Source of the DNA: Pseudoalteromonas translucida KMM 520
GTDB lineage: Bacteria; Pseudomonadota; Gammaproteobacteria; Enterobacterales; Alteromonadaceae
Reading direction: 5' to 3'
DNA length: 32,000 nt
Assembly (NCBI RefSeq): GCF_001465295.1
Contig: NZ_CP011034.1
Coordinates: 1,860,001-1,892,000 of the forward strand
The translations under genes were made by a program, and so were the position numbers. Under the pieces are notes generated by a model. The model made no database searches. It was given only the letters and a program-made list of their open reading frames with translations, and had not been told where the DNA came from. Positions 10,157-19,585 of the stretch are shown in pieces. How positions within the stretch are numbered: the stretch's first letter is position 1; the number at the start of each line of letters is the position of its first letter.

Positions 10157-10504
10157 TTATACACCCCATAATACGATTAGACCAATAGCTACGTAAGCAA
10201 AGGCCATTAGGTTTAGTACAAATCCTAAAACAGCACGAAGCTTAGCGCACTTAACATAGTCTGTTAGAACTTGCCAAAGGCCAATGCGGGTATGAACCAT
10301 AATGCAAACCAGGGTAATTAAAGTAAACCCTTTCATTGCTAGGTTAGAGAAGAGGCCTGTCCAGGCTTCGAAAGTGACTTCTGGCGTTGCTAAAAAATAG
10401 CCGATAATAAAAATCGCATACGCGCTTATTATTAATGCCGTGGTACGTAAAGATACGAAATCTTGTACACCATCACGTTTAAGAGTTGCTTGATTTAAAA
10501 CCAT
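10157..10504 (-). CDS. sdhD: Succinate dehydrogenase hydrophobic membrane anchor subunit
   Basis: The ATG at 10504 gives 115 aa, MVLNQATLKRDGVQDF..., which lines up with E. coli SdhD (MVSNASALGRNGVHDF, 115 aa). The ORF track's GTG at 10510 is 2 codons upstream. Confidence 0.93.
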   Translation of the reverse strand: MVLNQATLKRDGVQDFVSLRTTALIISAYAIFIIGYFLATPEVTFEAWTGLFSNLAMKGFTLITLVCIMVHTRIGLWQVLTDYVKCAKLRAVLGFVLNLMAFAYVAIGLIVLWGV

Positions 10505-10872
10505 ATCCACACCCCTGCCAATACGGCAAACACAACGCCAAGAGCCATTGCAATTTTAGCGCTGAGGTTACCTGATTCAAGTTCTTCCCAATGTCCCATA
10601 TCCATAATCATATGGCGAATACCACCAATAAGGTGATAACCCAATACAGACACGGTGCCCCAAGCAATAAATTTGGCAATGAATCCGTTAAACAGACCCT
10701 TGACGAATTCAAAACTTTCAGCAGAAGAAAGAGACTCTGACCAAGCCCAAATGACAAACGTTAAAGCAAAAAATAATGCAACACCGGTGACGCGGTGAAA
10801 AATTGACGCTTTAGCCGTTGCCGGCATAGATATAGTTGTTAGATCTAGATTTACAGGTCTTTGCTTTTTCAC
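10495..10872 (-). CDS. sdhC: Succinate dehydrogenase cytochrome b556 subunit
   Basis: 125 aa with a GTG start. KKQRPVNLDL...HRVTG...GIRHMIMD matches SdhC. It overlaps the sdhD start by 10 nt. Confidence 0.94.
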   Translation of the reverse strand: MKKQRPVNLDLTTISMPATAKASIFHRVTGVALFFALTFVIWAWSESLSSAESFEFVKGLFNGFIAKFIAWGTVSVLGYHLIGGIRHMIMDMGHWEELESGNLSAKIAMALGVVFAVLAGVWIWF

Positions 10873-11278
10873 AGTTACTTGCCCATCTTGCCCACAGTGG
10901 GGCTCATCTACTTGTTTTTCTAAAACCCACCAAATATTTCTGATGGAACTATCAAAATAAACGTCTCTCTACCAATAAAGTTCACTATAATGCAAAAATT
11001 ATAATGTAAAAATATGTTTACCTAAATACAATACGGTTAAAAACCTTCGACAGTATATATAGCCGCAGGCCTTTTTACAATTCTTGTTTAGTTAGAACCA
11101 TTTGCAAATTAGCCAATGGTATAATATTCAAACTATACCCAGTATTTATTATACGTATACGCATAATGCTTATAAAAATTGACTTTATACCCCTCTTTCA
11201 CGTTAAAATGAGAAGATGTGCTTAAAACAGATTTTAGAGTATAAAATCAGAATAGTTATCTTAATAGGAGATACATAG
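10873..11278. promoter_or_regulatory. Divergent sdhC / gltA control region
   Basis: A 406-bp AT-rich non-coding spacer between divergent start codons, so it must carry both promoters. Plus-strand candidates are TGgTATAAT (extended -10, 11117-11125) and TTGACT (11179-11184)-N19-TAAAAT (11204-11209). TATAAT-like boxes occur on both strands around 10986-11005. The gltA SD AGGAG is at 11266-11270. The hexamer assignments are unverified. Confidence 0.5.
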
Positions 11279-12565
11279 ATGGCGGATAAGAAAGCCACAG
11301 TCCATATTGATGGTCTAGATCCAATCGAACTTCCAATTTATCAAGGTACTGCTGGCCAGGATGTAATTGACGTACGTACATTAGGTTCACATGGTCACTT
11401 TACTTACGATCCAGGTTTTATGTCGACTGGCTCTTGTGAATCTACAATTACTTATATTGATGGCGGCAAAGGTGTTCTACTTCACCGTGGCTACCCAATT
11501 GAGCAGCTTGCTGAAGACTCTAACTATGTAGAGCTATGTTACTTACTATTAAACGGTGAGTTACCTTCAAAAGAGCAGTATGAAGAATTTGCACAACAAA
11601 TCACTCGCAGCACTATGCTAGATGAAAAAATTGCAACTTTCTTCCAAGGTTTCCGTTTTGATGCACACCCTATGGCAATGCTATGTGGCGTGGTTGGTGC
11701 TTTATCATCTTTTTATCATGAAGATCTTGATATTACAGACGCTAGCCAACGCAAAACAAGTGCAATTAAACTAGTAGCTAAATTACCTACTATTGCAGCT
11801 ATGGCTTATAAAACAAACATTGGCCAACCATTTGTATATCCACGTAACGATTTAAGCTACGCCGAAAACTTCTTACACATGATGTTCTCTGTACCTGCTG
11901 AAGAGTATAAAGTTAACCCAGTAACAGCTAAAGCAATGGATAAAATATTCATGCTTCATGCTGATCATGAACAAAACGCATCAACGTCTACTGTACGTCT
12001 TGCGGGTTCATCTGGTGCTAACCCATATGCTTGTATTGCTGCTGGTATCGCATCTCTTTGGGGCCCTGCACACGGCGGCGCTAACGAAGCATGTTTAAAC
12101 ATGTTAGAAGAAATTGGTTCTGTTGATCGCATTGACGAATACGTAGCTAAAGCAAAAGATAAGTCAGACCCGTTCCGTCTTATGGGCTTTGGTCACCGTG
12201 TTTACAAAAACTTTGACCCACGTGCAACGGTAATGCGTCAAACGTGTCACGAAGTACTTGCTGAGCTAAATATTCAAGATCCATTGCTTGATATTGCAAT
12301 GAAGCTTGAACAAATTGCGCTTGAAGACCCGTACTTTGTTGAGAAGAAACTCTACCCTAACGTAGATTTCTACTCAGGTATTATCTTAAAAGCGATCGGT
12401 ATTCCAACAAGCATGTTCACTGTAATTTTTGCAATGGCACGTACTGTTGGTTGGATCACTCACTGGGATGAGATGCTATCTCAACCTGGTCATAAGATCA
12501 GCCGCCCACGTCAGCTTTACACGGGTTACACACAACGTGACTACAAAGCAACTGACAAGCGTTAA
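11279..12565 (+). CDS. gltA: Citrate synthase (type II)
   Basis: 428 aa with the signature [14 protein letters not shown] and full-length GltA character. Confidence 0.97.
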   Translation: MADKKATVHIDGLDPIELPIYQGTAGQDVIDVRTLGSHGHFTYDPGFMSTGSCESTITYIDGGKGVLLHRGYPIEQLAEDSNYVELCYLLLNGELPSKEQYEEFAQQITRSTMLDEKIATFFQGFRFDAHPMAMLCGVVGALSSFYHEDLDITDASQRKTSAIKLVAKLPTIAAMAYKTNIGQPFVYPRNDLSYAENFLHMMFSVPAEEYKVNPVTAKAMDKIFMLHADHEQNASTSTVRLAGSSGANPYACIAAGIASLWGPAHGGANEACLNMLEEIGSVDRIDEYVAKAKDKSDPFRLMGFGHRVYKNFDPRATVMRQTCHEVLAELNIQDPLLDIAMKLEQIALEDPYFVEKKLYPNVDFYSGIILKAIGIPTSMFTVIFAMARTVGWITHWDEMLSQPGHKISRPRQLYTGYTQRDYKATDKR

Positions 12566-12596
12566 TTCGCTGTAATATTGCTTAAGTATTTTAAAA

Positions 12597-12618
12597 GGTC
12601 GCTATTGCGGCCTTTTTT
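12597..12618 (+). terminator. Rho-independent terminator of gltA
   Basis: GGTCGC-tatt-GCGGCC (one G.U pair) followed by TTTTTT, 32 nt after the gltA TAA. Confidence 0.7.
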
Positions 12619-12630
12619 GTTACTCAGCAC

Positions 12631-12658
12631 TTGAGAATTATCTTAAACAGATTACAAT
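12631..12658 (+). promoter_or_regulatory. Candidate sigma70 promoter for csdA-csdE
   Basis: TTGAGA (12631-12636)-N16-TACAAT (12653-12658), about 33 nt upstream of the csdA ATG. This is a sequence match only. Confidence 0.4.
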
Positions 12659-12690
12659 TCTCGCCCTAAATTGACTAATTAAATGAGCTT

Positions 12691-13917
12691 ATGTCTGTTT
12701 CCACGTTTGATATCACTAAAATACGTAATGATTTCCCTATCCTAAATCAAACGATCAACAGCCACGCTTTAACTTATTTAGACTCAGGGGCAACCACACA
12801 AAAGCCACAATGCGTTATTGATACCACGGCACAGTTTTATGCAGCGCAAAACGCGAACGTACACCGTGGACGCCATACCCTCAGTGAGCAGGCTACTTAT
12901 CGTTATGAGCAAGTACGCGATAAAACAGCAGGGTTTTTTGGTGTTAATAGTAATGAAATTGTATGGACTAAAGGGGCAACTGAAGCTATAAATTTAGTCG
13001 CTAATGGCTTAAAAAATCAAATAAAAGCCAACGATACCATCATTATTACGCCTATTGAGCATCATGCTAATATTGTGCCTTGGCAGGTTTTGTCTCAGCA
13101 AACAGGTGCCAAGCTTGCTATTTTACCGCTTAACGACGATGCCACCTTCGATATACCTGCATGCTGTGAATTTATAAAGCAGCATAAACCTAAGTTATTG
13201 GCCATTAGTCAAGCCTCTAATGCGCTTGGTAATATCACTAATTTAGCGCCTTTAATAGCCTGTGCGAAAGCGGTAGGCGCATTAGTACTGGTTGATGGTG
13301 CACAAGGGGCAATGCATTTAAAAGCTAATTTAAGCACACTTAATTGTGATTTTTACGTTTTTTCTGCTCATAAAATGCTGGGGCCAACCGGTTTAGGCGG
13401 CTTATATGGACGCTATGAGCAATTAAATGCCCTCACCCCTTACCAAACTGGGGGAGAAATGATCCAAACTGTAACCTTAACGCGCAGCACTTATCGCGAT
13501 GCACCGGCAAAGTTTGAATCGGGCACACCAAATATTGCCGGTGTATTAGGCTTTGGTGCGGCACTTGAGTATATAAATGCATTAAATCACCCTGCTTTAA
13601 TTGAATATGAACAAACGTTGTTTAATTATGCAGCCAATAAATTACAGCAAATTGATGGCATCACCCTATTTAGTGACCTTAAGCATAATATTGGCACTTT
13701 ATGTTTTAACTATAAAGATGAACATCCATACGATTTGGCAACTTTACTTGACGGATATGGGGTTGCACTGCGCAGTGGCCATCATTGTACTCAGCCTTTA
13801 ATGGCACATTTAGGGGTAAATGGCACCCTTAGAGCAAGCTTAGCTTTCTATAATAACCATACAGATGTAGATAATTTTATTGATGCACTACAAAAATGCA
13901 TTGCTCTATTAGACTAA
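12691..13917 (+). CDS. csdA: Cysteine desulfurase, class II (CsdA/SufS type)
   Basis: 408 aa with the PLP-lysine region FSAHKMLGPTG, the catalytic Cys loop RSGHHCTQPLM, and a C-terminus GTLRASLAFYNNHTDVD like CsdA/SufS. The csdA name (rather than sufS) rests on the neighbouring SufE-like gene and tcdA and on the absence of sufBCD. Confidence 0.88.
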   Translation: MSVSTFDITKIRNDFPILNQTINSHALTYLDSGATTQKPQCVIDTTAQFYAAQNANVHRGRHTLSEQATYRYEQVRDKTAGFFGVNSNEIVWTKGATEAINLVANGLKNQIKANDTIIITPIEHHANIVPWQVLSQQTGAKLAILPLNDDATFDIPACCEFIKQHKPKLLAISQASNALGNITNLAPLIACAKAVGALVLVDGAQGAMHLKANLSTLNCDFYVFSAHKMLGPTGLGGLYGRYEQLNALTPYQTGGEMIQTVTLTRSTYRDAPAKFESGTPNIAGVLGFGAALEYINALNHPALIEYEQTLFNYAANKLQQIDGITLFSDLKHNIGTLCFNYKDEHPYDLATLLDGYGVALRSGHHCTQPLMAHLGVNGTLRASLAFYNNHTDVDNFIDALQKCIALLD

Positions 13918-13931
13918 TGTTGGATAAGAAT

Positions 13932-14348
13932 ATGACAAATACTTTTAATAAAGCAGCCCAGGGGATAAAAAATGCACCCGCGTGGCAGCAAAAATACCGA
14001 GAAATAATGTTACTTGGTAAAACATTACCAGTACTTGCAGACGTTTTGAAAATAGACAGCGCATTAGTACCTGGCTGCGAAAGTAAAGTGTGGCTATTTG
14101 TGGAGTTTGATTTAACCGAAAATACACTTGTGGTGATAGGTGATTCTGATACCCGTATTGTAAAGGGCTTACTTGCCTTAATATTAGCGCTATACAATGG
14201 CCTTACCCCAGAGCAAGTACTTGAAATAAACGCCTATCAAGAGTTTGAAAAATTAGGGCTAATTAGCCACTTAAGTCCATCTAGAGGGAATGGTATTAAA
14301 GCCATGGTAGAGACTATTCAAACCATGGCTAAGCAAAAAATAAGTTAA
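13932..14348 (+). CDS. csdE: SufE-like sulfur acceptor (CsdE type)
   Basis: Carries the active-site motif PGCESKVW. The MTNTF... start at 13932 parallels E. coli CsdE (MTNPQF) and has GGATAAG upstream. An alternative ATG at 13917 overlaps the csdA TAA (TAATG), and the ORF-track start at 13896 lies inside csdA. Confidence 0.85.
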   Translation: MTNTFNKAAQGIKNAPAWQQKYREIMLLGKTLPVLADVLKIDSALVPGCESKVWLFVEFDLTENTLVVIGDSDTRIVKGLLALILALYNGLTPEQVLEINAYQEFEKLGLISHLSPSRGNGIKAMVETIQTMAKQKIS

Positions 14349-14351
14349 ATT

Positions 14352-14367
14352 AACCTGACTTCAGGTT
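14352..14367. terminator. Short hairpin between the convergent csdE and tcdA stops
   Basis: AACCTG-actt-CAGGTT in a 34-bp gap. Only weak T-tracts lie on either side. Confidence 0.3.
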
Positions 14368-14382
14368 GAATTATAAGCAGCG

Positions 14383-15189
14383 TTATACTTGGGAGTTAAG
14401 TAAACGCTGTTTTTTATCTAAATACTTACGAACGGCCTTTGCTGCTACAAAAAAGCCAAAGCTGCCAGTGATCATAGTCACTGAGCCAAAGCCATTATTA
14501 CAATCCATATTCATACTACCATCGGCATTTTGCTTAGCATGACAGACACTGCCATCACTACCTGGGTATACCAGCTGCTCTGTTGAGTACACGCAATCAA
14601 TATTAAATTTACGCTTTGGGTTATTACTAAAATTATATTGCTTACGTAAAATATAACGCACTTTAGCTAAGAGTGGATCTTGGGTAGTTTTAGCCACATC
14701 GCCAAACGTAATTTGCCCCGGATCAGTTTGCCCACCTGCTCCGCCGGTAGTAATTACAGCTAGTTTATTGCGCTTACAATGCGCAATTAATGCCGCTTTT
14801 TCTTTTACTGCATCAATGCAATCAATAACATAATCAAAGCCTTGAATATGCTCTTGAATGTTATCTAAAGTAATAAAGTCATCAATCACCTGCACTTCAC
14901 ATTGTGGGTTAATTAACTCACAACGCGCTTTCATAGCCTCAACTTTAGCTTGGCCAATGGTGCCGGTAAGTGCGTGTATTTGCCTATTTACATTAGTGGC
15001 ACAAATATCATCTAAATCTATTAGGGTTAATTTGCCAACCCCAGTGCGCGCCAATGCTTCAGCGGCCCAACTACCAACACCACCAATGCCAACAACACAA
15101 AAATGTGCCTGCTGTAACCAGTCAAACTGTTGTTGCCCGTATAAACGTTTGATCCCGCCAAAACGTATGTCTGTTACTTTTTCAGTCAT
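14383..15189 (-). CDS. tcdA: tRNA threonylcarbamoyladenosine (t6A) dehydratase, ThiF/MoeB-like E1 fold
   Basis: 268 aa. FCVVGIGGVGSWAAEALARTGVGKLTLIDLDDICATNVNRQIHAL closely parallels E. coli TcdA (CsdL/YgdL). Confidence 0.92.
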   Translation of the reverse strand: MTEKVTDIRFGGIKRLYGQQQFDWLQQAHFCVVGIGGVGSWAAEALARTGVGKLTLIDLDDICATNVNRQIHALTGTIGQAKVEAMKARCELINPQCEVQVIDDFITLDNIQEHIQGFDYVIDCIDAVKEKAALIAHCKRNKLAVITTGGAGGQTDPGQITFGDVAKTTQDPLLAKVRYILRKQYNFSNNPKRKFNIDCVYSTEQLVYPGSDGSVCHAKQNADGSMNMDCNNGFGSVTMITGSFGFFVAAKAVRKYLDKKQRLLNSQV

Positions 15190-15870
15190 TTACCAATCCA
15201 GTTGCCATGGTGTTTGCCATGCTTGAAAATCTTGATGTTTAATTAATTGTGTAAACTCATCCCCGTTATCGGGTAAAAGAGTAAATTGCATTTGCTGCTC
15301 ATTCCATAAAAAATCAAGCGCAAATGCATGCAAGTAAGTACGTCCGCTATGCGAGCCTGCATAAGAGGTATCACCTAATATAGGTGCGCCTATACTTTTT
15401 AGCGCTACTCTTAATTGGTGCGTTTTACCTGAGTACGGTTTTAAAATATAGCCCCTAAAACCGGGTTTATAACTTAAAGAATAAAAACGACTAATTGCAG
15501 GATTAGCTGTTGTTGTGAGTAACTTAAAAGTACCACGGCGTGATTTTGCCATATCGCCTTTTATCCAACCCTGCTTTTTTTTAGGCTTGGCGTCGCTAAT
15601 AGCCAAGTAAAACTTATTAATTGCGTGCTTAGTAAACATTTGCGTAAATTTAGCGGCGGCGAGTTTATTGCGCGCTAAAATAAGCAAGCCCGAGGTCACT
15701 TTATCGAGGCGGTGCACTGCAAAGAGCTTTTCATTTAATTGCTGCTCTGCTAATACCACAAAACCTGCGGCGTCTTCTGAATGAAAATTCAGCCCTGCAG
15801 GTTTTGCTAAAATATAAAAGTCGATATGACTATGCACAACTTTTAAATAGGGTATATCCGTAATGCTCAC
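15190..15870 (-). CDS. RluA-family pseudouridine synthase of unassigned specificity
   Basis: 226 aa with the catalytic motif HRLDKVTSGLLILA and the C-terminal GKTHQLRV...PILGD. The GTG start overlaps the kdsB TGA (GTGA), and its TAA directly abuts the tcdA ATG. Confidence 0.88.
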   Translation of the reverse strand: MSITDIPYLKVVHSHIDFYILAKPAGLNFHSEDAAGFVVLAEQQLNEKLFAVHRLDKVTSGLLILARNKLAAAKFTQMFTKHAINKFYLAISDAKPKKKQGWIKGDMAKSRRGTFKLLTTTANPAISRFYSLSYKPGFRGYILKPYSGKTHQLRVALKSIGAPILGDTSYAGSHSGRTYLHAFALDFLWNEQQMQFTLLPDNGDEFTQLIKHQDFQAWQTPWQLDW

Positions 15871-16628
15871 GCGTGTTGACTTTGCAAATAGCTAATTACT
15901 TTAGCTAAATCTTCTGGCGTATCGACACCCGCTTGTGGAGTAATATGCGCTTGCTCTATTTTAATATTATAGCCATGGTAAAGAACGCGTAATTGTTCTA
16001 GTGATTCTAGCTGCTCAAGCGGCGACACACTTAGCTCAATATATTGCTTAATAAAACCAGCTCGATAGGCATAAATACCCACATGGCGTTGAAACGGTGT
16101 TAAATCCAGAGCGCTCTGCTCGCCCATCATGGCGCTACGATCAAACGGAATACTGGCACGCGAAAAATACAATGCATTTTTATTAATATCGCTAACGACT
16201 TTAACTGCATTAGGATTAAAAACGTCTTCTTGCTCTTCTATCGCTACACTTAAAGTGGCCATAGGTGCAGTTGATTCATTTAATAGCGTAGCAACTTGAG
16301 ATACATTTTCTGGTGCCAATAATGGCTCATCACCTTGCACATTAACTACAATAGTGTTGTCATCAAGCTTAAGTAAATCAACTACCTCTGCTAAACGTTC
16401 CGTGCCCGATTGATGATCTTCACGCGTCATTAATACATCACTCGTAAAGGCACTCACAGCATCAAATACTTTTTGATGATCAGTCGCAATAACAACTTTA
16501 CTCGCACCGGATAAACAGGCTTTTTCGTAAACATGCTGGATCATTGGCTTACCACAAATATCGGCTAGTGGTTTGCCTGGTAACCGGCTAGAAGCGTAAC
16601 GCGCAGGAATAACAACTACGAATTCCAC
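15867..16628 (-). CDS. kdsB: 3-deoxy-manno-octulosonate cytidylyltransferase (CMP-Kdo synthetase)
   Basis: 253 aa with a GTG start. [20 protein letters not shown] matches the KdsB N-terminus. Confidence 0.96.
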   Translation of the reverse strand: MEFVVVIPARYASSRLPGKPLADICGKPMIQHVYEKACLSGASKVVIATDHQKVFDAVSAFTSDVLMTREDHQSGTERLAEVVDLLKLDDNTIVVNVQGDEPLLAPENVSQVATLLNESTAPMATLSVAIEEQEDVFNPNAVKVVSDINKNALYFSRASIPFDRSAMMGEQSALDLTPFQRHVGIYAYRAGFIKQYIELSVSPLEQLESLEQLRVLYHGYNIKIEQAHITPQAGVDTPEDLAKVISYLQSQHA

Positions 16629-16813
16629 TTTTGCACCTCATCAAGTGACAATTCGCGTGCTTCATTTTCAAGCAATACTGGAATGTCATCGATAACCGGA
16701 TACGCTAACTTAGCGGCTGTACTTATTAGTTCGCTGTTTTCTTTATCAAAACGTAATTTACCCTTACATACTGGGCAGGCAATAATTTCGAGTAATTTTG
16801 TATCAAAGGCCAT
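16616..16813 (-). CDS. ycaR: Trm112-like small zinc-ribbon protein (UPF0434/YcaR)
   Basis: 65 aa. [14 protein letters not shown]...[10 protein letters not shown] is nearly collinear with E. coli YcaR. It overlaps both neighbours. Confidence 0.92.
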   Translation of the reverse strand: MAFDTKLLEIIACPVCKGKLRFDKENSELISTAAKLAYPVIDDIPVLLENEARELSLDEVQKWNS

Positions 16814-17783
16814 TGAGGATCCCTTTATCTTTTAATAATGAATTTAATTTGTTTATAACGCTATCGGTAGGTTGAGCATCCACTGGTAAGTAATACCAAT
16901 TTTGCTTTGCAAAAGCACTACACTTTACAGCATCTTTTTCGGTCATTAACACATTTTCATCACCAAACTGAGTAAAATCGTCAGCAGTGTATGCATAATG
17001 GTCTCGATAATGATGGGTTGATACCAAGGTAATGCCTTGTGCTTGTAATGACTGCTCAAAACGCAGCGGATTACCAATAGCACTCACAGCGTGGGCTGTT
17101 AATATAGGCTCTATTAGCGCACTATTATTGAGCACAGATCTTAAAGCTGCGGGCTGCAAATTATAACGTTGTGGATTGTTGCCGCCATTTTCTATCACTA
17201 AATCAACGCTGTTTAAACGTTTTTTAGTTTCGCGAAGTGGACCTGCTGGCATTAACAAACCGTTACCAAATTGACGTGCACTATCAACAATACAGCATTC
17301 AATACTGCGTGCCATTTTATAATGTTGCATGCCATCGTCAGATATAATGACATCAATAGCAGAGGTTTTTTCAAGTAATTCTATATTTTGTTGTCTGTTT
17401 GGGCCAACCGCAATGGGGCACTGCAAACGATGATATAAAAGTATCGGTTCATCGCCCGCCTCAAGCGTAGTACTGTTATTATTAATAAGCAATGGATATT
17501 GCTTAGCATGCCCGCCATAGCCTCGGCTAATAATACCGACAGATAAACCTTGCTGAGTTAAATGAGCGTGTAGCCACAGTACAAATGGCGTTTTGCCATT
17601 GCCGCCAACACTAATATTACCCACTACAATTACAGGTGTTTTGCTACTAAATTGCGTTAATACACCGCGTGTATAAAGCCATTTACGTAATGTTGATATT
17701 AGCCAAAATAGAGCAGCTAAAGGCAATAATAATATAGTAATTAAACTGACAGGCTGATACCAGCTTTGTTCAATTTTGCTCAC
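16803..17783 (-). CDS. lpxK: Tetraacyldisaccharide 4'-kinase
   Basis: 326 aa with an N-terminal membrane helix and the P-loop [13 protein letters not shown]. The GTG start overlaps the msbA TGA. Confidence 0.95.
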   Translation of the reverse strand: MSKIEQSWYQPVSLITILLLPLAALFWLISTLRKWLYTRGVLTQFSSKTPVIVVGNISVGGNGKTPFVLWLHAHLTQQGLSVGIISRGYGGHAKQYPLLINNNSTTLEAGDEPILLYHRLQCPIAVGPNRQQNIELLEKTSAIDVIISDDGMQHYKMARSIECCIVDSARQFGNGLLMPAGPLRETKKRLNSVDLVIENGGNNPQRYNLQPAALRSVLNNSALIEPILTAHAVSAIGNPLRFEQSLQAQGITLVSTHHYRDHYAYTADDFTQFGDENVLMTEKDAVKCSAFAKQNWYYLPVDAQPTDSVINKLNSLLKDKGILNGL

Positions 17784-19525
17784 CCTTGCTCACCAAATTG
17801 CATTTTGCATAATGCTGAATAAGTGCCATTATTTGCCAGTAAGCTCATATGATCGCCACTTTCAATAACACTGCCATTATCTATAACATAAATTCGGTCG
17901 CTATTTTCAATCGTCGATAAGCGATGCGCAATTACAATCGAGGTTTTATCTTTCATTAATGCCTCGAGTGCTTGCTGAATTAGTTTTTCTGATTCGGTAT
18001 CGAGCGCAGATGTTGCTTCATCAAGGATTAAAATAGGCGCATCTTTTAATATTGCACGAGCAATAGCAATACGTTGGCGTTGACCACCAGAAAGCATTAC
18101 CCCATTTTCGCCAACCATAGTATTTAACTGCTCTGGTAAGTCTTTTACAAACTCCCATACATGCGCTTGCTTGGCTACTTTTTCCAGTTCTTGCTGCGAT
18201 ATTTCACGCTGTAAACCGTAACAAATATTATTGGCAATGGAGTCGTTAAACAACACCACTTGTTGCGACACTAACGCAAACTGGCGACGTAAATCGGTTA
18301 GCTTATAATCATGCAGTGCAATACCATCGAGTAAAATTTCACTCGGCGCTTCTAAATCGTAATAACGTGGCAATAGGTTAGAAATTGTTGATTTACCTGA
18401 GCCCGAACGCCCAACTAAAGCAATGCTTTCACCCGCTTTAATAGTTAACGATAAATTATTTAATACCGGCTCATCTTTAGTTGGATATTTAAAGGTGACA
18501 TTTTTAACTTCAATCAAGCCTTTTACTTTATCTACGCTTACAGTACCTGTGTCTTTTTCAACTTCCTCGTCGAGTATTAAAAATACACTTTGCGCAGCTG
18601 AAACTCCTCGCTGCATATCACTGTTTACATTGGCTAGCTGTTTTAGCGGGCGAAGTAACATCATCATTGATGAAATTAATACCACAAAATCGCCCGAGCT
18701 AATGGTGTCAATCATCGAAGGCATTGACACAACCCATAAAATAACCGCCATAGCGCTGGCAGCCAATACTTGAATGATTGATACACTCAAGGCTTTAGTT
18801 GCGTCCATTTTAATTCGTTGCTGACGATTATGATTGTTTATTTTTGAAAACTGATCGATTTCTTGATTTTGGCCACCAAAACCATGGATCACTTTGTGAC
18901 CGCTTAGCATTTGCTCGGAGCTACGAGTCACTTGCCCCATAGCTGATTGAATACTTTTTGAAATATGTCTAAAGCGCTTTGACACTACAGTGACTATGAC
19001 AGCAACCAAAGGAATAATAACTAAAAATATCAGCGATAATTGCCAACTGGTATAAAACATAACAGCGAGTAAAAACACCACAAAAGCGCCTTCACGCACT
19101 ACAATTAATAATGCCTTAGTAATAGCTTGTTGTACTTGTTCGGTATCAAAGGTTATTTTGGAAATGAGATCCCCGGTGGAATTTTTATCATGAAACGATA
19201 CCGGTAAATGTAAAATATGTTCAAACAACTCTTGGCGCAGCGAGCGCACAACTTGTGAGCCTACATAACTCAAACAATAAGACGACATAAAGTTAAATAC
19301 ACCACGCCCTATTACCAAAGCAATAACTACAAATGGTGCATATTTTAGTACATCAGCATTGCGCTCATTAAGACCTTCGTCAATAAACGGCTTCATAAGC
19401 TGAATAAATAAAGCATCCATACCTGAATACCCTATCATGCCAATAATAGCGACGATGGCGACAGTTCTGTACGCACCAACGTAAGAAATAAGACGTTTAT
19501 AAATTTGTGTAGTACTTTGATCCAT
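17780..19525 (-). CDS. msbA: Lipid A export ABC transporter (permease/ATPase fusion)
   Basis: 581 aa with a 6-TM N-terminal half, Walker A GRSGSGKST, signature LSGGQRQR and Walker B ILILDEATSALD. It shows msbA-lpxK synteny. Confidence 0.95.
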   Translation of the reverse strand: MDQSTTQIYKRLISYVGAYRTVAIVAIIGMIGYSGMDALFIQLMKPFIDEGLNERNADVLKYAPFVVIALVIGRGVFNFMSSYCLSYVGSQVVRSLRQELFEHILHLPVSFHDKNSTGDLISKITFDTEQVQQAITKALLIVVREGAFVVFLLAVMFYTSWQLSLIFLVIIPLVAVIVTVVSKRFRHISKSIQSAMGQVTRSSEQMLSGHKVIHGFGGQNQEIDQFSKINNHNRQQRIKMDATKALSVSIIQVLAASAMAVILWVVSMPSMIDTISSGDFVVLISSMMMLLRPLKQLANVNSDMQRGVSAAQSVFLILDEEVEKDTGTVSVDKVKGLIEVKNVTFKYPTKDEPVLNNLSLTIKAGESIALVGRSGSGKSTISNLLPRYYDLEAPSEILLDGIALHDYKLTDLRRQFALVSQQVVLFNDSIANNICYGLQREISQQELEKVAKQAHVWEFVKDLPEQLNTMVGENGVMLSGGQRQRIAIARAILKDAPILILDEATSALDTESEKLIQQALEALMKDKTSIVIAHRLSTIENSDRIYVIDNGSVIESGDHMSLLANNGTYSALCKMQFGEQG

Positions 19526-19585
19526 AACACTCTCTTTATACAGTTACAGCCCCTATTGTATCCTCAGGGAGGCTAAAACAAAACG

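Noticed and set aside
10873-10900. Tiny ORF (ATG GGC AAG TAA) immediately upstream of the sdhC GTG start.
   Set aside because: It is only three codons, has no SD and is most likely fortuitous. It was noted only because the sdhC SD is weak.
13877-14197. 106-aa and 60-aa minus-strand ORFs antisense to csdE, and the 13601-13801 plus-strand alternative-frame ORF in csdA.
   Set aside because: They overlap confidently assigned genes and have no start-site signals or recognisable domains.
14858-15226. 122-aa plus-strand ORF antisense to tcdA. Likewise 18423-18773 (in msbA), 19573-19833 and 19634-19816 (comEC 3' end), 20595-20906 (comEC), 23245-23451 and 23477-23719 (DUF3466-like gene), 25484-25684 and 25856-26056 (uup), 26955-27155 and 28119-28487 (rlmL), 29885-30271 and 29907-30104 (pyrD), 30989-31213 and 31127-31312 (gdh).
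   Set aside because: All are embedded in longer ORFs with clear homology-like features and represent expected chance ORFs in AT-rich DNA.
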